64,000 bases of DNA from Trichormus sp. ATA11-4-KO1 (GCA_019358915.1 JAHHIM010000010.1:1-64000), one strand, 5' to 3'; positions 48,523 through 60,697 are shown, numbered from the stretch's first letter. Program-made: numbers and translations. The notes: generated from the letters alone by a model not told the origin.

Positions 48523-49439
48523 CTCGCTTGTGGTTCTGATGCGGTAACTTGCAAAAACTCTCGCACCCGTCGCAGGTAAGTTGGTGCATCTTCCAACATC
48601 GGGAAATGTGCTGTATTGGGAATCATCACAAACTCAACTTGATCATTCTGTGCGGCGGCTTGCCGTCCCATCTTGGCAGGAATAATCTGGTCATATTCTC
48701 CAGATATCAGCAAAGTTGGTACTGTCAACTTGGCAAATTCATCCGGCATTAATTCCGATTGTGCCTTACTGACTGAAGTAAAAATTGTCCCTAAGGCTGC
48801 ATCATAATCTGCTTCGAGAAAATCTTGTAAAAAAGCCTGACGCTCAGCATTTGGTATAGGGCTATGTAAAAATCTCGCCATAAACATTCGGTCAACAAAT
48901 GGTATTTTCCCTAACCATTTAGGACGGAATTTGACTACGTAGCTGCCAAATTTATGAAAAGCAGTAAAGGCTTTTTCGTCATACTCAAAAATCCCACTAC
49001 AGGTTAAAATTCCTCGTTCTACGCGTTGAGGGTAGCGGTTGAAGAACAATGTAGCAATAGATGCACCCATTGAATGAGCATTAATGTAAACACGCTGGAG
49101 TTGCAACTCATCTAACAAAGCTGCTAAATCCTCGGCATACTCCTCTAATTCATAAGTTAATTCTTTGATGGCCTCTGATTTTTCTAGAGTTGACTGAGAC
49201 TCGACAACAGATTCACCTGCTTGGGCTACGGTGGGTTTACCACGAGAACGCCCAAAACCCCGCAAATCGTAGAGTAAACAATCAAATTGGTCTACTAAAG
49301 CATCAGCCGTACTTTTCCAGTACCTAGCTGAACCAGCCCAACCATGAATAAAAACCATCACTGGCTTTACCAAGGAACCAGATGGTTTTTTCACCCACTC
49401 ATAGTAATGCTCAACGCCACGAACACAAATATAAGGCAT
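48519..49439 (-). CDS. Alpha/beta-fold hydrolase
   Basis: HGWAG, DLRGFG, AHSMG, GEYD, AHFPMLE. Confidence 0.9.
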   Translation of the reverse strand: MPYICVRGVEHYYEWVKKPSGSLVKPVMVFIHGWAGSARYWKSTADALVDQFDCLLYDLRGFGRSRGKPTVAQAGESVVESQSTLEKSEAIKELTYELEEYAEDLAALLDELQLQRVYINAHSMGASIATLFFNRYPQRVERGILTCSGIFEYDEKAFTAFHKFGSYVVKFRPKWLGKIPFVDRMFMARFLHSPIPNAERQAFLQDFLEADYDAALGTIFTSVSKAQSELMPDEFAKLTVPTLLISGEYDQIIPAKMGRQAAAQNDQVEFVMIPNTAHFPMLEDAPTYLRRVREFLQVTASEPQAS

Positions 49440-49444
49440 ATTGT

Positions 49445-49576
49445 AAAAGTCAAAAGTCAAAAGTCAAAAGCCAGAAGTCAAAAGTCAATTACTAATGACC
49501 AATGACCCTTCAGGTTCACCAGTTGCTCATGAGGGAAACCCCCAAGACCGCACTGGTTCACCAATGACTAATGACT
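49445..49576. repeat. STRR tracts (AAAGTCA)n and (AATGACY)n with an inserted dispersed repeat
   Basis: Tandem heptamers flanking a GC-rich unit at ~49508-49561. Confidence 0.75.
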
Positions 49577-49577
49577 A

Positions 49578-50918
49578 CTAAGCTGATTCTGGCTTAGGCA
49601 GAGAAGACGGATGTACTATCAATTCAGCAGTGGAGCGCTTCTCAACCATTTCTCGCGTGACAGTGCAGCGAGTCACATCTTTACGAGATGGTAACTCGTA
49701 CATGACATCAAGCATCAATTCTTCCACAATGCCTCGCAGCGCCCTAGCACCAGTTTTCCGGCGGTAGGCTTCTTGCGCGATCGCTCGCAGGGCATCTGGC
49801 TTAAAGTCTAATTGGACATTATCCATTTTCAGCAATTTTTGGTACTGTTTCACCAACGCACTGCGTGGTTCTGTCAAAATTGCCATTAGCGCTTCTTCAT
49901 CCAACGGATCTACCACTGCTACCATTGGCACTCGTCCAATAAATTCGGGAATCATGCCAAACTTTACTAAGTCATCTGGTTCGAGATGACGGAGAGTATC
50001 AGCAGCCCGTTTTTCTTTGGATTGACCTTCACCTGGTTGCACAAAACCCATTGACTTTTTGCCCGCTCTCTGCTCTACCACCTTCTCTAAACCCACAAAC
50101 GCACCACCACAAACAAACAGAATGTTGCTGGTATCAATTTGAATGCAGTCTTGATAAGGATGCTTGCGTCCTCCCTGAGGTGGTACATTGGCGACTGTTC
50201 CCTCTAACATTTTCAGTAAAGCTTGCTGCACACCTTCACCAGAGACATCGCGTGTAATTGAGGGATTTTCACTCTTGCGAGCGATTTTATCAATTTCGTC
50301 AATGTAGATAATTCCTCGCTGGGCTTCCTCTACATCTAAATCTGCCACTTGCAATAGTCGCAGCAAAATATTTTCGACATCTTCACCTACGTACCCTGCT
50401 TCTGTTAGTGTCGTGGCATCAGCCACAGCGAAGGGTACATCCAAAATTGTGGCTAGGGTTTGCGCCAAGAGGGTTTTACCGCAACCAGTCGGGCCAATTA
50501 ACAAAATATTGGATTTTTGCAGTTCGACCGCATCGTCGGCAGCATTTTTACCATTGCCTTTAGATTGAATTACTGCCAGTCGTTTGTAATGGTTATAAAC
50601 TGCCACTGACAGCACTTTCTTGGCTTCGTCTTGACCAATGACGTGTTCGTCCAGATACTTTTTAATCTCTCTGGGTTTGGGAATTTGATTAAACGAAAGA
50701 CTGGAAGAGCGGGCACGGCGTTTTTGAGGTGGCTCTGACCTTGGTGCTGGTTGTGACGCCGCACTGCTGGTGTCGAGTAACTCCTCATCGAGGATTTCAT
50801 TACACAAGTCAACGCATTCATCGCAGATGTAGACTCCCGGACCTGCGATTAATTTACGCACCTGCTCTTGAGACTTGCCACAAAATGAACATTTTAAATG
50901 GGAGTCGTACTTAGACAT
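49578..50918 (-). CDS. clpX: ATP-dependent Clp protease ATP-binding subunit ClpX
   Basis: CSFCGK zinc finger, [24 protein letters not shown]. Confidence 0.98.
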   Translation of the reverse strand: MSKYDSHLKCSFCGKSQEQVRKLIAGPGVYICDECVDLCNEILDEELLDTSSAASQPAPRSEPPQKRRARSSSLSFNQIPKPREIKKYLDEHVIGQDEAKKVLSVAVYNHYKRLAVIQSKGNGKNAADDAVELQKSNILLIGPTGCGKTLLAQTLATILDVPFAVADATTLTEAGYVGEDVENILLRLLQVADLDVEEAQRGIIYIDEIDKIARKSENPSITRDVSGEGVQQALLKMLEGTVANVPPQGGRKHPYQDCIQIDTSNILFVCGGAFVGLEKVVEQRAGKKSMGFVQPGEGQSKEKRAADTLRHLEPDDLVKFGMIPEFIGRVPMVAVVDPLDEEALMAILTEPRSALVKQYQKLLKMDNVQLDFKPDALRAIAQEAYRRKTGARALRGIVEELMLDVMYELPSRKDVTRCTVTREMVEKRSTAELIVHPSSLPKPESA

Positions 50919-50927
50919 ACCAGCCTC

Positions 50928-51626
50928 TTATTTCAGAATGGTGACGTTTTCCCCTGCGGTGGGAAGATTTTGTCTGGAGATGACCTGATCAATCAAACCG
51001 TAATTCTTTGCCTCTTCTGCCGACATAAAAAAGTCGCGTTCAGTATCTGCCTCAAGTCTTTCTAAGGCTTGACCAGTGTGATGAGCCAGTAACTGATTTA
51101 GCTTAGCCTTAATATAAAGGATTTCTCTCGCTTGAATTTCTATGTCAATGGCTTGACCTTGGGCACCACCTAATGGTTGGTGAATCATAATGCGAGAGTC
51201 AGGTAGAGACATCCGTTTACCAGCAGATCCGGCTGCTAATAGGAATGCCCCCATGCTGGCGGCTAATCCAAAACATATAGTAACAACATCGGGACGGATT
51301 TGCTGAATTGTATCATAAATTGCCATCCCTGCGTAGACGGAGCCGCCAGGAGAGTTTATGTACAGTTGAATGTCCTTTTCTGAGTCTTCGGCATCTAGGA
51401 ACAGCAATTGGGCAACAATTGAATTGGCAACAGCATCATCTATGGGAGTGCCCAAAAATATAATCCGCTCTCGCAGCAGGCGGGAGTAGATGTCAAACGC
51501 TCTTTCTCCCATACCAGACTGTTCTACCACCATTGGTACGATGTTGGTAGGGCTGCTCAAATGGGAGCTAATTTCTATTCGACTTAAACTGCTGATGGGG
51601 TGATTTCCCGACTGCGATAAAAGCAT
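50928..51626 (-). CDS. clpP: Clp protease proteolytic subunit ClpP
   Basis: [29 protein letters not shown]. Confidence 0.97.
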   Translation of the reverse strand: MLLSQSGNHPISSLSRIEISSHLSSPTNIVPMVVEQSGMGERAFDIYSRLLRERIIFLGTPIDDAVANSIVAQLLFLDAEDSEKDIQLYINSPGGSVYAGMAIYDTIQQIRPDVVTICFGLAASMGAFLLAAGSAGKRMSLPDSRIMIHQPLGGAQGQAIDIEIQAREILYIKAKLNQLLAHHTGQALERLEADTERDFFMSAEEAKNYGLIDQVISRQNLPTAGENVTILK

Positions 51627-51879
51627 ATAAGAACATTTGACAGTAAGTTAGGACAGGTTTGGCAGCAGTGATCACTGCCTTTTTTTACGGATGCAATTTT
51701 ATTTGAGCTATGTGTTAACCATTATGCCTCATCTATATTGCTTCCGTGTAAGTCAGTATCAAGCTAAGGCGATCACAGATGCCGTTATTTCTTGAAGATT
51801 CCTTAAATTTTTCAGTGCTGAGTCAACATTTTTCATACTCAGCACTCAGGAAGGAAGCACTTTCAAAAGCATTCAGCAC

Positions 51880-53304
51880 TCATGATGTACTAACTTCGGT
51901 ACTTTGTTCCTCGGTCTGAGGTTCAGTTGTCTCTGACTCGACAAGTTCGGATTCTGTTTCCTCAGCAACACTCAAAGAGCCTTCGGGTACTAGTTCTACT
52001 GATGAGTGTTCTAGCAGCCAATCGATGATTTTTTCAGTTAACAGTTCGTTTTCCACCACTGATTGAAGTCTATCTTCATCAATGTCTTGGTCTGCGTACT
52101 GCTGCATCAGTTCTGTGACTTTGGCTTGAATTTCTGCGGGTGTGACCTCAATGGACTCGCGTTTGCTGACTTCCAGTAATCCCAAAGACCGTTTGAGGCG
52201 TTCAATAGCCTCATCGCGCGATCGCTCCCGCAATTGAGGAATAATATCTGGCGTAAACAACTTTCTCACATCCAATCCCTGCTGAGAAAGTCGCACGGCT
52301 GTTTGCGTCAGCATTGTGTCTATTTCTTTCTCAATCATGGTTTCTGGCAAGTCAACTTCCACGTATTTGAGCAGTTCGGCTAATAAGGCTTCCTGCTGGT
52401 TCGATTTAGTTTTTTCCTCAGCCTCTTTTTGATATCGCTCTTCTAGAGACGCACGCAGTTCATCTAAGGTGTCAAAGTCACTAACTTCCTGGGCAAAGTC
52501 ATCATTCAGTTCTGGGAGTTCTTTTTCCTTTAATTCCTTGAGCGTCACTGTGAAAGTTGCGGCTTTTCCAGCTAACTCTTCGTTGGCATAAGGATCTGGA
52601 AACTGAGCCGAAACCTCTCTGGTTTCTCCAGGATTCATCCCTACCATGCCAGAAACAAAGCCGGGAATAAACTTATCTTCTTGTAACTCGAGTTGAAAAT
52701 CTGTGGCTTCAGCTCCCGGAATTGGTGTTGGTTCGGCTGTTTCGTCTTCGCCTTCACCTTTTGCTAGTACACCTTTAAAATCAACTACGGCTACATCACC
52801 AATTTGGGCGGCGCGTCCTTCTACAGGAATCAGTGTGGCTAATTCTTCCCGTTCCTTCTCCAGGACTTCATCAATCCGACTAGAGTCGTACTTGATTTCC
52901 TCGGCTTTGGCTTGCAAACCTGTGTACTGCACCAGATTAACTTCTGGTTCTACATCTACCGCCGCCGCAAACGTCAGGGGTTTTCCTGGTTCATAATTAT
53001 TAATCAATTCCTCAAACGAAGTCCGCAATTGTGGCTGACCAATTGCCGGAATTTCTTCCTGTTTGAGTGCTTGCTCAACGCCATCTTGAATTAGTTCTTC
53101 CAACGCTGCGGCTTTGATTCGAGTTACGCCCAGGCGCTGTAGCAATATCTGCCGAGGCACCTTGCCTTTACGAAACCCAGGAATAGTTGTAGTACTTGCT
53201 AAGTTTTTAATTACCTGTTCGTAAGTTTGCTTGGTAATTTCTGGCGTAATCTCTATTTCCAGACCAATTTGGCTGGCGGGAAGTTTCTCCTGGGTAACTT
53301 TCAT
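51880..53304 (-). CDS. tig: Trigger factor
   Basis: IPGFRKGKVP signature, FKBP-like middle domain, upstream of clpP-clpX. Confidence 0.97.
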   Translation of the reverse strand: MKVTQEKLPASQIGLEIEITPEITKQTYEQVIKNLASTTTIPGFRKGKVPRQILLQRLGVTRIKAAALEELIQDGVEQALKQEEIPAIGQPQLRTSFEELINNYEPGKPLTFAAAVDVEPEVNLVQYTGLQAKAEEIKYDSSRIDEVLEKEREELATLIPVEGRAAQIGDVAVVDFKGVLAKGEGEDETAEPTPIPGAEATDFQLELQEDKFIPGFVSGMVGMNPGETREVSAQFPDPYANEELAGKAATFTVTLKELKEKELPELNDDFAQEVSDFDTLDELRASLEERYQKEAEEKTKSNQQEALLAELLKYVEVDLPETMIEKEIDTMLTQTAVRLSQQGLDVRKLFTPDIIPQLRERSRDEAIERLKRSLGLLEVSKRESIEVTPAEIQAKVTELMQQYADQDIDEDRLQSVVENELLTEKIIDWLLEHSSVELVPEGSLSVAEETESELVESETTEPQTEEQSTEVSTS

Positions 53305-53557
53305 GCTTCGTCTCTGTATTTCTGGTATTTTTGACTCCAAGTACGCACAAGAAGCGATTTACTGCTTCTGTGGATTGATTCCTCTTGGCTGAGGACGGGA
53401 GGTGCCCACACGTTATGTTTCAAAATCCCATATTATCTGGATGAGTGCCCTTTACGTAGATATCCAGTTTACGGCCAATAGCAAAGAACTTGATAATTTA
53501 CCGCAATAACTTTACCTCTTGAAACTCCAAATCATCAAATAATTTAAGTAGTCTCAA

Positions 53558-53772
53558 GGAGCCAGCAGCGTGAACATCACGCCACTTGTGGACTCTTCTG
53601 GCAGAGGAGATCCGCTAACCAGTCGGCAAAGTCTTTCGGTTCCCCGATTTGTAGACGCTGCTGCGGTGAGGGGGTCGCAGTCTTGGCGGTTCCCGTCGTT
53701 CGCGTAGCGTCTCCGAAGGAGTTTTGCGACCCCCCGAACCCGCAGGGCTGACCGCAGGGTGTGGACTGGCGT
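53558..53772. repeat. GC-rich nest of small dispersed repeats
   Basis: Outer GGAGCCAG...ACTGGCGT ends enclosing several related units (GGTTCCCCGATTTGTAG, GGCGGTTCCCGTCG, TTCGCGTAGCGTCTCCGAAGGAG). Confidence 0.55.
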
Positions 53773-54377
53773 TGCTGAATACTGAAAAAACTGCTAAACA
53801 TACCTATGCTGGGAATAATTTATCGCTCATAACTCAGCGTCTGCAAGGAAAGTTCAGATTTACAGGGCTAACAGCGTGATATCCTGGTTTTCAACCAGCA
53901 TTTCTTACTCCAATTATTTTACTGTTAGGTCTGTCCGCCTTGTAGAACTCACCTTAATTGTTGCTTCTTCACACAGATGCATTCTGTGGCTATGCTGGTG
54001 GCATCCCCTTTGAATCATAGTACATTCATCGTCTTGACCATCCACTTTACAGGTTAACTGTTTTTTGACTTTAAAACTTCGAGATTTATACATTAATTAA
54101 GTGTACGTAATCTATTTTTTCACTGGACATCGGGTTAATGTATAGTTTTGATATATACTTTTCTACATCTAGCGAAAAGTTTTATTAGCAGCAATGTTAT
54201 GAAATTACAATATCAGTTAACTTATGTAAACTAAAAAGTCAGCGCACCGTTTTAAGAAAACTCGACTAAAATTAAAAAAAATTTATTGAAAGTCTGCCAT
54301 TGCTATTTAAATAAATCAGCATAAGTTGTAAATTGTTACGAAAAAATGCACATAACCTCTTAAAGGAGGGAACCAAT

Positions 54378-55427
54378 TTGTCTAAATCCTATCGTGTAGC
54401 TATTTTGGGAGCGACTGGTGTTGTGGGCACAGAGTTGCTGGAATTATTAGAAAGCCGTAATTTTCCGGTTTCCGAATTAAAGTTGTTGGCATCAGAGAGA
54501 AGTTTAGGGCGATCGCTACAGTTTAAAGGTGAAAATTTACCAGTAGAACTAGTGAGCGATCGCGCCCTAGAAAATGTAGATTTAGTACTGGCTAGTGCAG
54601 GAAGTTCCACATCCAAAACTTGGGCAGCAGTTGCCGTAGAAAAGGGCGCAGTGGTAATAGATAATTCCAGTGCTTTTCGGATGAATCCGGAAGTTCCCTT
54701 AGTAGTGCCAGAGGTAAATCCCTCAGCAGCAGCTAACCATAAAGGTATTATCGCTAACCCTAACTGCACCACAATTTTGATGGCAGTGGCAGTCTGGCCA
54801 TTACATCAAGTTAGTCCAGTAAAACGTATTGTCGCCTCAACCTATCAATCGGCTAGTGGCGCTGGTGCCAAAGCAATGGCAGAAGTCAAAACCCAAGCCA
54901 GTGCTATTTTACAAGGACAGCAGCCAGTAGCCGAGGTCTTGCCTTACCCGTTGGCTTTTAACTTATTCCCACACAACTCTCCTCTCAACGATTGGGGATA
55001 CTGTGAGGAAGAAATGAAAATGGTCAACGAAACCCGCAAGATTTTCGACAACCAACAGATGAGAATCACAGCTACTTGTATACGGGTTCCCGTACTTCGT
55101 GCCCATTCAGAAGCAATTAATCTAGAATTAGAAAAACCATTTAGTCCAGATGTAGCAAGAGAAATATTAAGTCGCGCCCCTGGAGTAAAATTAGTAGAAG
55201 ATTGGAAAAATAATCATTTTCCCATGCCAATAGAAGCTACTGGCCAGGATGAAGTTTTAGTGGGCAGAATCCGTCAGGATATTTCTCATCCATGCGGCTT
55301 AGAACTATGGCTGTGCGGTGACCAAATCCGTAAAGGTGCAGCTTTAAATGCTGTACAAATTGCGGAATTATTGGTAGAAAAAAACCTACTTAATCCGTCA
55401 AAAGCTTGCGTTTCTAGTGAAAAATAA
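54378..55427 (+). CDS. asd: Aspartate-semialdehyde dehydrogenase
   Basis: GATGVVG, DNSSAFRM, ANPNCTT, TYQSASGAG, RKGAALNAVQIAE; TTG start after AGGAGG. Confidence 0.97.
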   Translation: MSKSYRVAILGATGVVGTELLELLESRNFPVSELKLLASERSLGRSLQFKGENLPVELVSDRALENVDLVLASAGSSTSKTWAAVAVEKGAVVIDNSSAFRMNPEVPLVVPEVNPSAAANHKGIIANPNCTTILMAVAVWPLHQVSPVKRIVASTYQSASGAGAKAMAEVKTQASAILQGQQPVAEVLPYPLAFNLFPHNSPLNDWGYCEEEMKMVNETRKIFDNQQMRITATCIRVPVLRAHSEAINLELEKPFSPDVAREILSRAPGVKLVEDWKNNHFPMPIEATGQDEVLVGRIRQDISHPCGLELWLCGDQIRKGAALNAVQIAELLVEKNLLNPSKACVSSEK

Positions 55428-55582
55428 GAGCAAATTAGATTTCAGGCATTTTTCACTCGTAAGGCATAAAAAATTAATCTGCATGTGTGAACTACGCTTG
55501 AAAGAAATTGGTAAATAGGTTATCAAAATAGAAAACCACCAAAACATAAAAAACCAAGAGGGTAATCAGGAGTGAAAACAGG

Positions 55583-56467
55583 GTGGGAGAATTTGGCAGA
55601 GTTTTAACCGCTATGATTACGCCGTTCAAAGCAGACGGTAGTGTAAACTATGATGTAGCGGCAGAACTAGCAGCACATCTAGCTAACAACGGCACAGATA
55701 CATTAGTGGTATGTGGTACGACAGGTGAATCTCCTACCCTCAGTTGGGAGGAAGAATATCAGTTGTTCGTGGAAGTATTGCAGGCCGTGGCAGGAAAAGC
55801 CAAGGTAATAGCAGGATGTGGTTCTAATTCCACCAAAGAAGCGATCGCAGCAACCGAAAAAGCAGCTAAAATAGGAGTACATGGTTCCTTACAAGTTGTA
55901 CCTTATTACAACAAACCGCCCCAAGCGGGTCTCTACCAGCATTTTCAAGCGATAGCTCAAGCCTGTCCCGAGCTACCGTTGTTGTTATACAATGTTCCCG
56001 GACGTACAGGTCAAAACCTCAGTCCAGACACTGTTGCCCGGTTAGCACAAATTAACAATATTGTTGGGATAAAAGAAGCTAGCGGAAATTTAGACCAGGC
56101 AAGTGAAATACGTCGCTTGACATCAAAAGAATTTCAAATTTATTCTGGTGATGATTCCTTAACCCTGCCCTTGTTAGCGATTGGGGCAAAAGGGGTAGTT
56201 AGTGTAGCATCTCATCTGGTAGGAAACCAACTACAGCAGATGATTCAAGCTTTTATTGCCGGGAAAATTGAAGTTGCCAGCGAAATTCATCTCCAATTAT
56301 TTCCCTTGTTTAAAGCTTTATTTTTAACTACAAATCCCATTCCAGTTAAAAAAGCGCTGATGCTTAAAGGTTGGCAGGTCGGTTCAACTCGTCTACCGCT
56401 ATATGAAGCTGACTCAGAGGTCAGCGACAAGTTAAAGACGGTTCTAGCAGAACTCCATTTAATCTAG
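55583..56467 (+). CDS. dapA: 4-hydroxy-tetrahydrodipicolinate synthase
   Basis: [26 protein letters not shown]. Confidence 0.97.
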   Translation: MGEFGRVLTAMITPFKADGSVNYDVAAELAAHLANNGTDTLVVCGTTGESPTLSWEEEYQLFVEVLQAVAGKAKVIAGCGSNSTKEAIAATEKAAKIGVHGSLQVVPYYNKPPQAGLYQHFQAIAQACPELPLLLYNVPGRTGQNLSPDTVARLAQINNIVGIKEASGNLDQASEIRRLTSKEFQIYSGDDSLTLPLLAIGAKGVVSVASHLVGNQLQQMIQAFIAGKIEVASEIHLQLFPLFKALFLTTNPIPVKKALMLKGWQVGSTRLPLYEADSEVSDKLKTVLAELHLI

Positions 56468-56750
56468 ATAGCAAGCAACTTGTTGAACGCGGACTAACTG
56501 ATGGTTGCTAAAGATGCACATCAACAACAAGCATAATGTTAACCAGTTTGTACTTTAAATAGCTGTGCTAAGACTGTCATAGATATTATGTTAAATCTCT
56601 CAATGTCAATTCGATTTTATTGAACAAACAACTGAAAATCCGAATTAAAATTTAGCTGCTTTCACATAGAAAGCTAGTATTTTCTTTCATACAAGATCGC
56701 TAAATTTGAATTTATTAACACTAGAAAACAAACAACAATCTCAGGAGAAA

Positions 56751-58523
56751 ATGGTAAAAAACGAAACTAATTCTGCCCTCAAAATTATTCCGTTGGGCGG
56801 GTTGCATGAAATTGGCAAAAACACCTGTGTTTTTGAATACGAAGACGAAATTATTTTATTAGATGCCGGATTAGCTTTTCCGACAAAGGGAATGCTGGGG
56901 GTAAATATTGTCCTGCCAGATATGACCTATCTCCGGGAAAATCGTCACAAAATTAAAGGCATGGTTGTGACCCACGGTCACGAAGACCATATTGGCGGCA
57001 TTGCTTTTCACCTGAAGCAATTTGAAATCCCTGTGATTTATGGGCCTAGACTAGCAATGGCCATGCTAGAGGGTAAATTAGAAGAAGCAGGGGTACGCGA
57101 TCGCACCGAGTTAAGATCTGTCACACCCCGGGATGTAGTAAGGATTGGCCAACATTTCTTTGTAGAATACATCCGCAATACTCACTCAATGGCTGATAGC
57201 TTTACTGTGGCTATCCATACGCCTCTGGGTGTAGTTATCCACACAGGTGATTTTAAAATTGACCATACACCTGTAGATGGTGAAAAATTTGATTTGCAAA
57301 GGCTAGCAGAACACGGTGAACGAGGTGTACTTTGCTTATTAAGCGATTCCACCAATTCAGAAGTGCCGGGATTCACTCCTTCAGAACGTTCAGTTTACCC
57401 CAATCTTGACCGGGTATTCGGTCAAGCCACTGGACGATTATTTGTCACCACCTTTGCTTCCAGCGTGCATCGTATCAACATGATTTTGCAACTGGCACAG
57501 AAACATAACCGTGTAGTCTCGGTTGTGGGTCGTTCCATGTTGAATTTAATTGCTCATGCCCGTAATCTGGGTTACATCAAGTGTGATGATAGTGTCTTCC
57601 AACCATTGCACGCAGTCCGGAACATGCCTGATGAGAAAGTACTGATATTAACTACAGGCTCTCAGGGTGAGACGATGGCAGCCATGACCCGCATTGCTAA
57701 CAAGGAACACCCCCACATCAAAATTCGCCAAGGAGATACGGTAGTATTCTCCGCTAACCCAATTCCCGGCAATACCATCGCTGTGGTTAACACCATCGAT
57801 AAGTTGATGATTCAGGGAGCAAATGTAGTCTATGGTCGAGATAAAGGGATTCACGTCTCTGGTCATGGCTGTCAGGAAGAGCAAAAATTGATGATTGCTT
57901 TAACGCGTCCTAAGTTCTTTGTGCCTGTTCACGGCGAACATCGGATGTTAGTGAAGCACTCACAAACAGCTCAGAGTATGGGCATCCCGGCCGAAAACAT
58001 GGTACTCATCCAGAATGGGGATGTGATAGAACTGACTGAAGACGCTATCCGTGTTGCAGGTAAAGTGCCATCTGGCATCGAACTTGTGGATACTACAAGC
58101 TCTGGCATGGTAAGCGCCAAAGTCTTGCAAGAAAGGCAACGCATGGCAGAAGAAGGTCTGGTCACCATCGCGGCGGCTATTGATTGGAATGGTAAACTCA
58201 TGGCCAAACCAGAAATACATATGCGGGGTGTGGTTACCAGTGTAGAGCGATCGCTTGTACAAAAGTGGGTACAACAGCGCATTGAGGAAATGCTCAGCGT
58301 GCGTTGGACAGAATTTGCCCAGCCCAGTGAAGGTGAGAGAACAGAGGTAGACTGGGGTGGATTGCAAGGTACTTTAGAGCGGGAATTGCAACGCTCCATC
58401 CGCCGAGAACTACAATGTCAACCAACGGTGACTTTGTTGATGCAAATTCCTGAAGAACCACCTGTGAAGGTTGCTGATGGTAGAAGACGACGCACTCGTA
58501 CTACCGCTCAGGTGGCATCCTAA
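56751..58523 (+). CDS. rnj: Ribonuclease J
   Basis: GGLHEIGKN, THGHEDHIG, HTGDFK, HVSGH, PVHGE; ATG after AGGAG. Confidence 0.96.
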   Translation: MVKNETNSALKIIPLGGLHEIGKNTCVFEYEDEIILLDAGLAFPTKGMLGVNIVLPDMTYLRENRHKIKGMVVTHGHEDHIGGIAFHLKQFEIPVIYGPRLAMAMLEGKLEEAGVRDRTELRSVTPRDVVRIGQHFFVEYIRNTHSMADSFTVAIHTPLGVVIHTGDFKIDHTPVDGEKFDLQRLAEHGERGVLCLLSDSTNSEVPGFTPSERSVYPNLDRVFGQATGRLFVTTFASSVHRINMILQLAQKHNRVVSVVGRSMLNLIAHARNLGYIKCDDSVFQPLHAVRNMPDEKVLILTTGSQGETMAAMTRIANKEHPHIKIRQGDTVVFSANPIPGNTIAVVNTIDKLMIQGANVVYGRDKGIHVSGHGCQEEQKLMIALTRPKFFVPVHGEHRMLVKHSQTAQSMGIPAENMVLIQNGDVIELTEDAIRVAGKVPSGIELVDTTSSGMVSAKVLQERQRMAEEGLVTIAAAIDWNGKLMAKPEIHMRGVVTSVERSLVQKWVQQRIEEMLSVRWTEFAQPSEGERTEVDWGGLQGTLERELQRSIRRELQCQPTVTLLMQIPEEPPVKVADGRRRRTRTTAQVAS

Positions 58524-58564
58524 TCACCAATCACTGTCACCCTTGAGGGTGCAGCCATACTAAC

Positions 58565-58590
58565 AAAGCCTGCCTATGCAGGCTTTTTTT
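58565..58590 (+). terminator. Intrinsic terminator after rnj
   Basis: AAAGCCTGC-CTAT-GCAGGCTTT followed by T run. Confidence 0.85.
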
Positions 58591-58704
58591 AGTTACCGGA
58601 TTTTTGTGAACGTTCGCGTAGCGTGCGCGCAGCGCATACCACAGAGGCGCAGAGAACACAGAGTTAGAGAAAAAATAAATAATTTACACTTTGTCAAAGT
58701 TCCT

Positions 58705-59901
58705 TCACCTCACCCAGAGATATACTAGAGATAGAGTACAAACCGTTAGTGGTACTCCAAAACGTAGATGCTCCCAAAAAGTTAGCCTGTAACCTAACTC
58801 AGCAGTAGCTTCTACAACGATTAGATTGGCAACTGCACCAAATAAAGTCAAATTGCCTGCTAGGGTCGATGATGCTGCGAGTAACAGCCATAACTGCTGA
58901 TTATCTCTAGGAATTAGGGGTTCAAGTAATAGTACGGTAGGAACATTAGAAATTATATTAGACAAAATAGCCGTGATTCCTACTAGACCAGCCGGTGAAC
59001 TGACTATATGAGTAAATGGCTCTAGCAAATTCAAATTCTGGATAACTCTAGTTAATATAAACAGTCCAGAAAACATCAGCAGCAGATTCCCATCTACTTT
59101 GTTCAGGATGCGCTGTGGTTTTAGCCGCCGAGTGATTAGTAACAAACTCGCAGCTACCAAGGCGGACTCGGCTAATGGCAAGCCCACTGCAAAAGCAATC
59201 AACAACCCGATAATGATGACTAAGGTTTTATTAAATAAAGGTCTGAAGATGCGTTCTTTACTAGTGGGTAATAACTGACAAGGTCGAGTTGAGCGCACAT
59301 CTGGATAGAGTAACCATAGTAGTCCTATTTGAATTATTAAGCCAGTTACGGCTACTGGCGCTAATGCTTGGGAAAAATCTAAGTAGGATATGCCGGAAAA
59401 AGAACCAATGAGAATGTTTTGGGGATTACCGCTTAAGGTAGCAACAGAGCCTATATTAGTTGCAGCCGCGATCGCTAGTAAATAAGGGATGGGATTTAAG
59501 CCTACAGTTTGAGTCAAGCTCAAGGTCAAGGGTGTAAAAATCAGCGCCAGAGTGTCATTCAGAAAAAAGGCAGACAGAATAGCACTACCAAAAGTTAAGG
59601 TAATCAACAAGCCTAGAGGACTGCGAGTCAGACTTAAAAGTATTAATAGCGATCGCTGAAAAAAACCTGCATAAAATAGGTTGGCGTTCACTACCATCAT
59701 ACTCAACAAAAACACAATGGTCTTGGCATCAATCGCCTGCCATGCTTCCTGTAAATTCAATGCCCCCAGCGCAATTAAAAAAGCAGAGCCAACTAAGGCA
59801 ATAGTGGCACGGTTCATCCGTAAACCAGGAATGTAACCTAATGCCAAACCTAGGTAAGTCAGCCCTAACACTCCATAAATTGCCAATTGGAGAAAAATCA
59901 C
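58705..59901 (-). CDS. ArsB/NhaD (SLC13-like) anion permease
   Basis: Multiple TM helices; FLNDT, ATNIGS..T.SGNPQN, SNVP, STLAGNLT. Confidence 0.88.
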   Translation of the reverse strand: MIFLQLAIYGVLGLTYLGLALGYIPGLRMNRATIALVGSAFLIALGALNLQEAWQAIDAKTIVFLLSMMVVNANLFYAGFFQRSLLILLSLTRSPLGLLITLTFGSAILSAFFLNDTLALIFTPLTLSLTQTVGLNPIPYLLAIAAATNIGSVATLSGNPQNILIGSFSGISYLDFSQALAPVAVTGLIIQIGLLWLLYPDVRSTRPCQLLPTSKERIFRPLFNKTLVIIIGLLIAFAVGLPLAESALVAASLLLITRRLKPQRILNKVDGNLLLMFSGLFILTRVIQNLNLLEPFTHIVSSPAGLVGITAILSNIISNVPTVLLLEPLIPRDNQQLWLLLAASSTLAGNLTLFGAVANLIVVEATAELGYRLTFWEHLRFGVPLTVCTLSLVYLWVR

Positions 59902-60316
59902 TTTCTGTTTCCAGCCATTACGAGTAGCGCTGTCTGAGTCAAAGCCACCTGACTTCTACGACATGCAACCACCAAAACCACTATTTTCATTGCTGATATT
60001 TATACCTAGCAAAAATAACCGCAGGATTTGCTTATATTAAGCTTTGTAACAATTACACTAAAACCTGTCCAATGACAGATGTCTTTATTAAAATTTAAAC
60101 TGTGTCAAGTTATGAATAAGATTACATTATTACACTACCGATCCCGCGAAAATTGCGATTAACTTGACGTAGTAATAAGTCGGATTCTGACCTAAGTGGC
60201 TACTGTAACACCCTATTGTAACTCAGTCAGGAAACGATTTCTCCGGGAAAGGTTGTTGCCACGTTGTATATATTCATCAGAAAGGTGAATAACCTCATTA
60301 ATACAGAGGATTAATC

Positions 60317-60694
60317 ATGAAGGTATTTGATAATACCACAAAAAAGATTTTTCTAGCAAGCTGGGTATCAATTAATCAAGCCGAGACTAGTAAAGCTCAA
60401 GCAACCCAGTTACGCCATTCAACTGCCAAGTCTTATTGTGATATTCTCCAACCCCTGCGGCAGAAGGTAGAAAGTATTCAAGTCCGCGATCGCCAACTAG
60501 CTCACCGTTTGTGTAAACTCATTCCTGCTCAATGTCCCTTTGAGCGTGATGTTAAATTCTTCGGGAAAACCCTGTTTCATATTCCGCCTATGTGTAAACT
60601 CAATCCTTTATATGAAGAAGTGGTTGGTTTACGTTTTCGAGCGATGTGCTTCCTTGCTGATGAATGTGGTGAGGATATATCGCAGTACTGCTAA
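60317..60694 (+). CDS. Mo-dependent nitrogenase C-terminal-like domain protein
   Basis: CKLIPAQCPFERD...HIPPMCKLNPLYE motif. Confidence 0.85.
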   Translation: MKVFDNTTKKIFLASWVSINQAETSKAQATQLRHSTAKSYCDILQPLRQKVESIQVRDRQLAHRLCKLIPAQCPFERDVKFFGKTLFHIPPMCKLNPLYEEVVGLRFRAMCFLADECGEDISQYC

Positions 60695-60697
60695 TTA

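Noticed and set aside
53577..53801. 74-aa ORF
   Set aside because: Spans a GC-rich repeat nest, so the open frame is incidental
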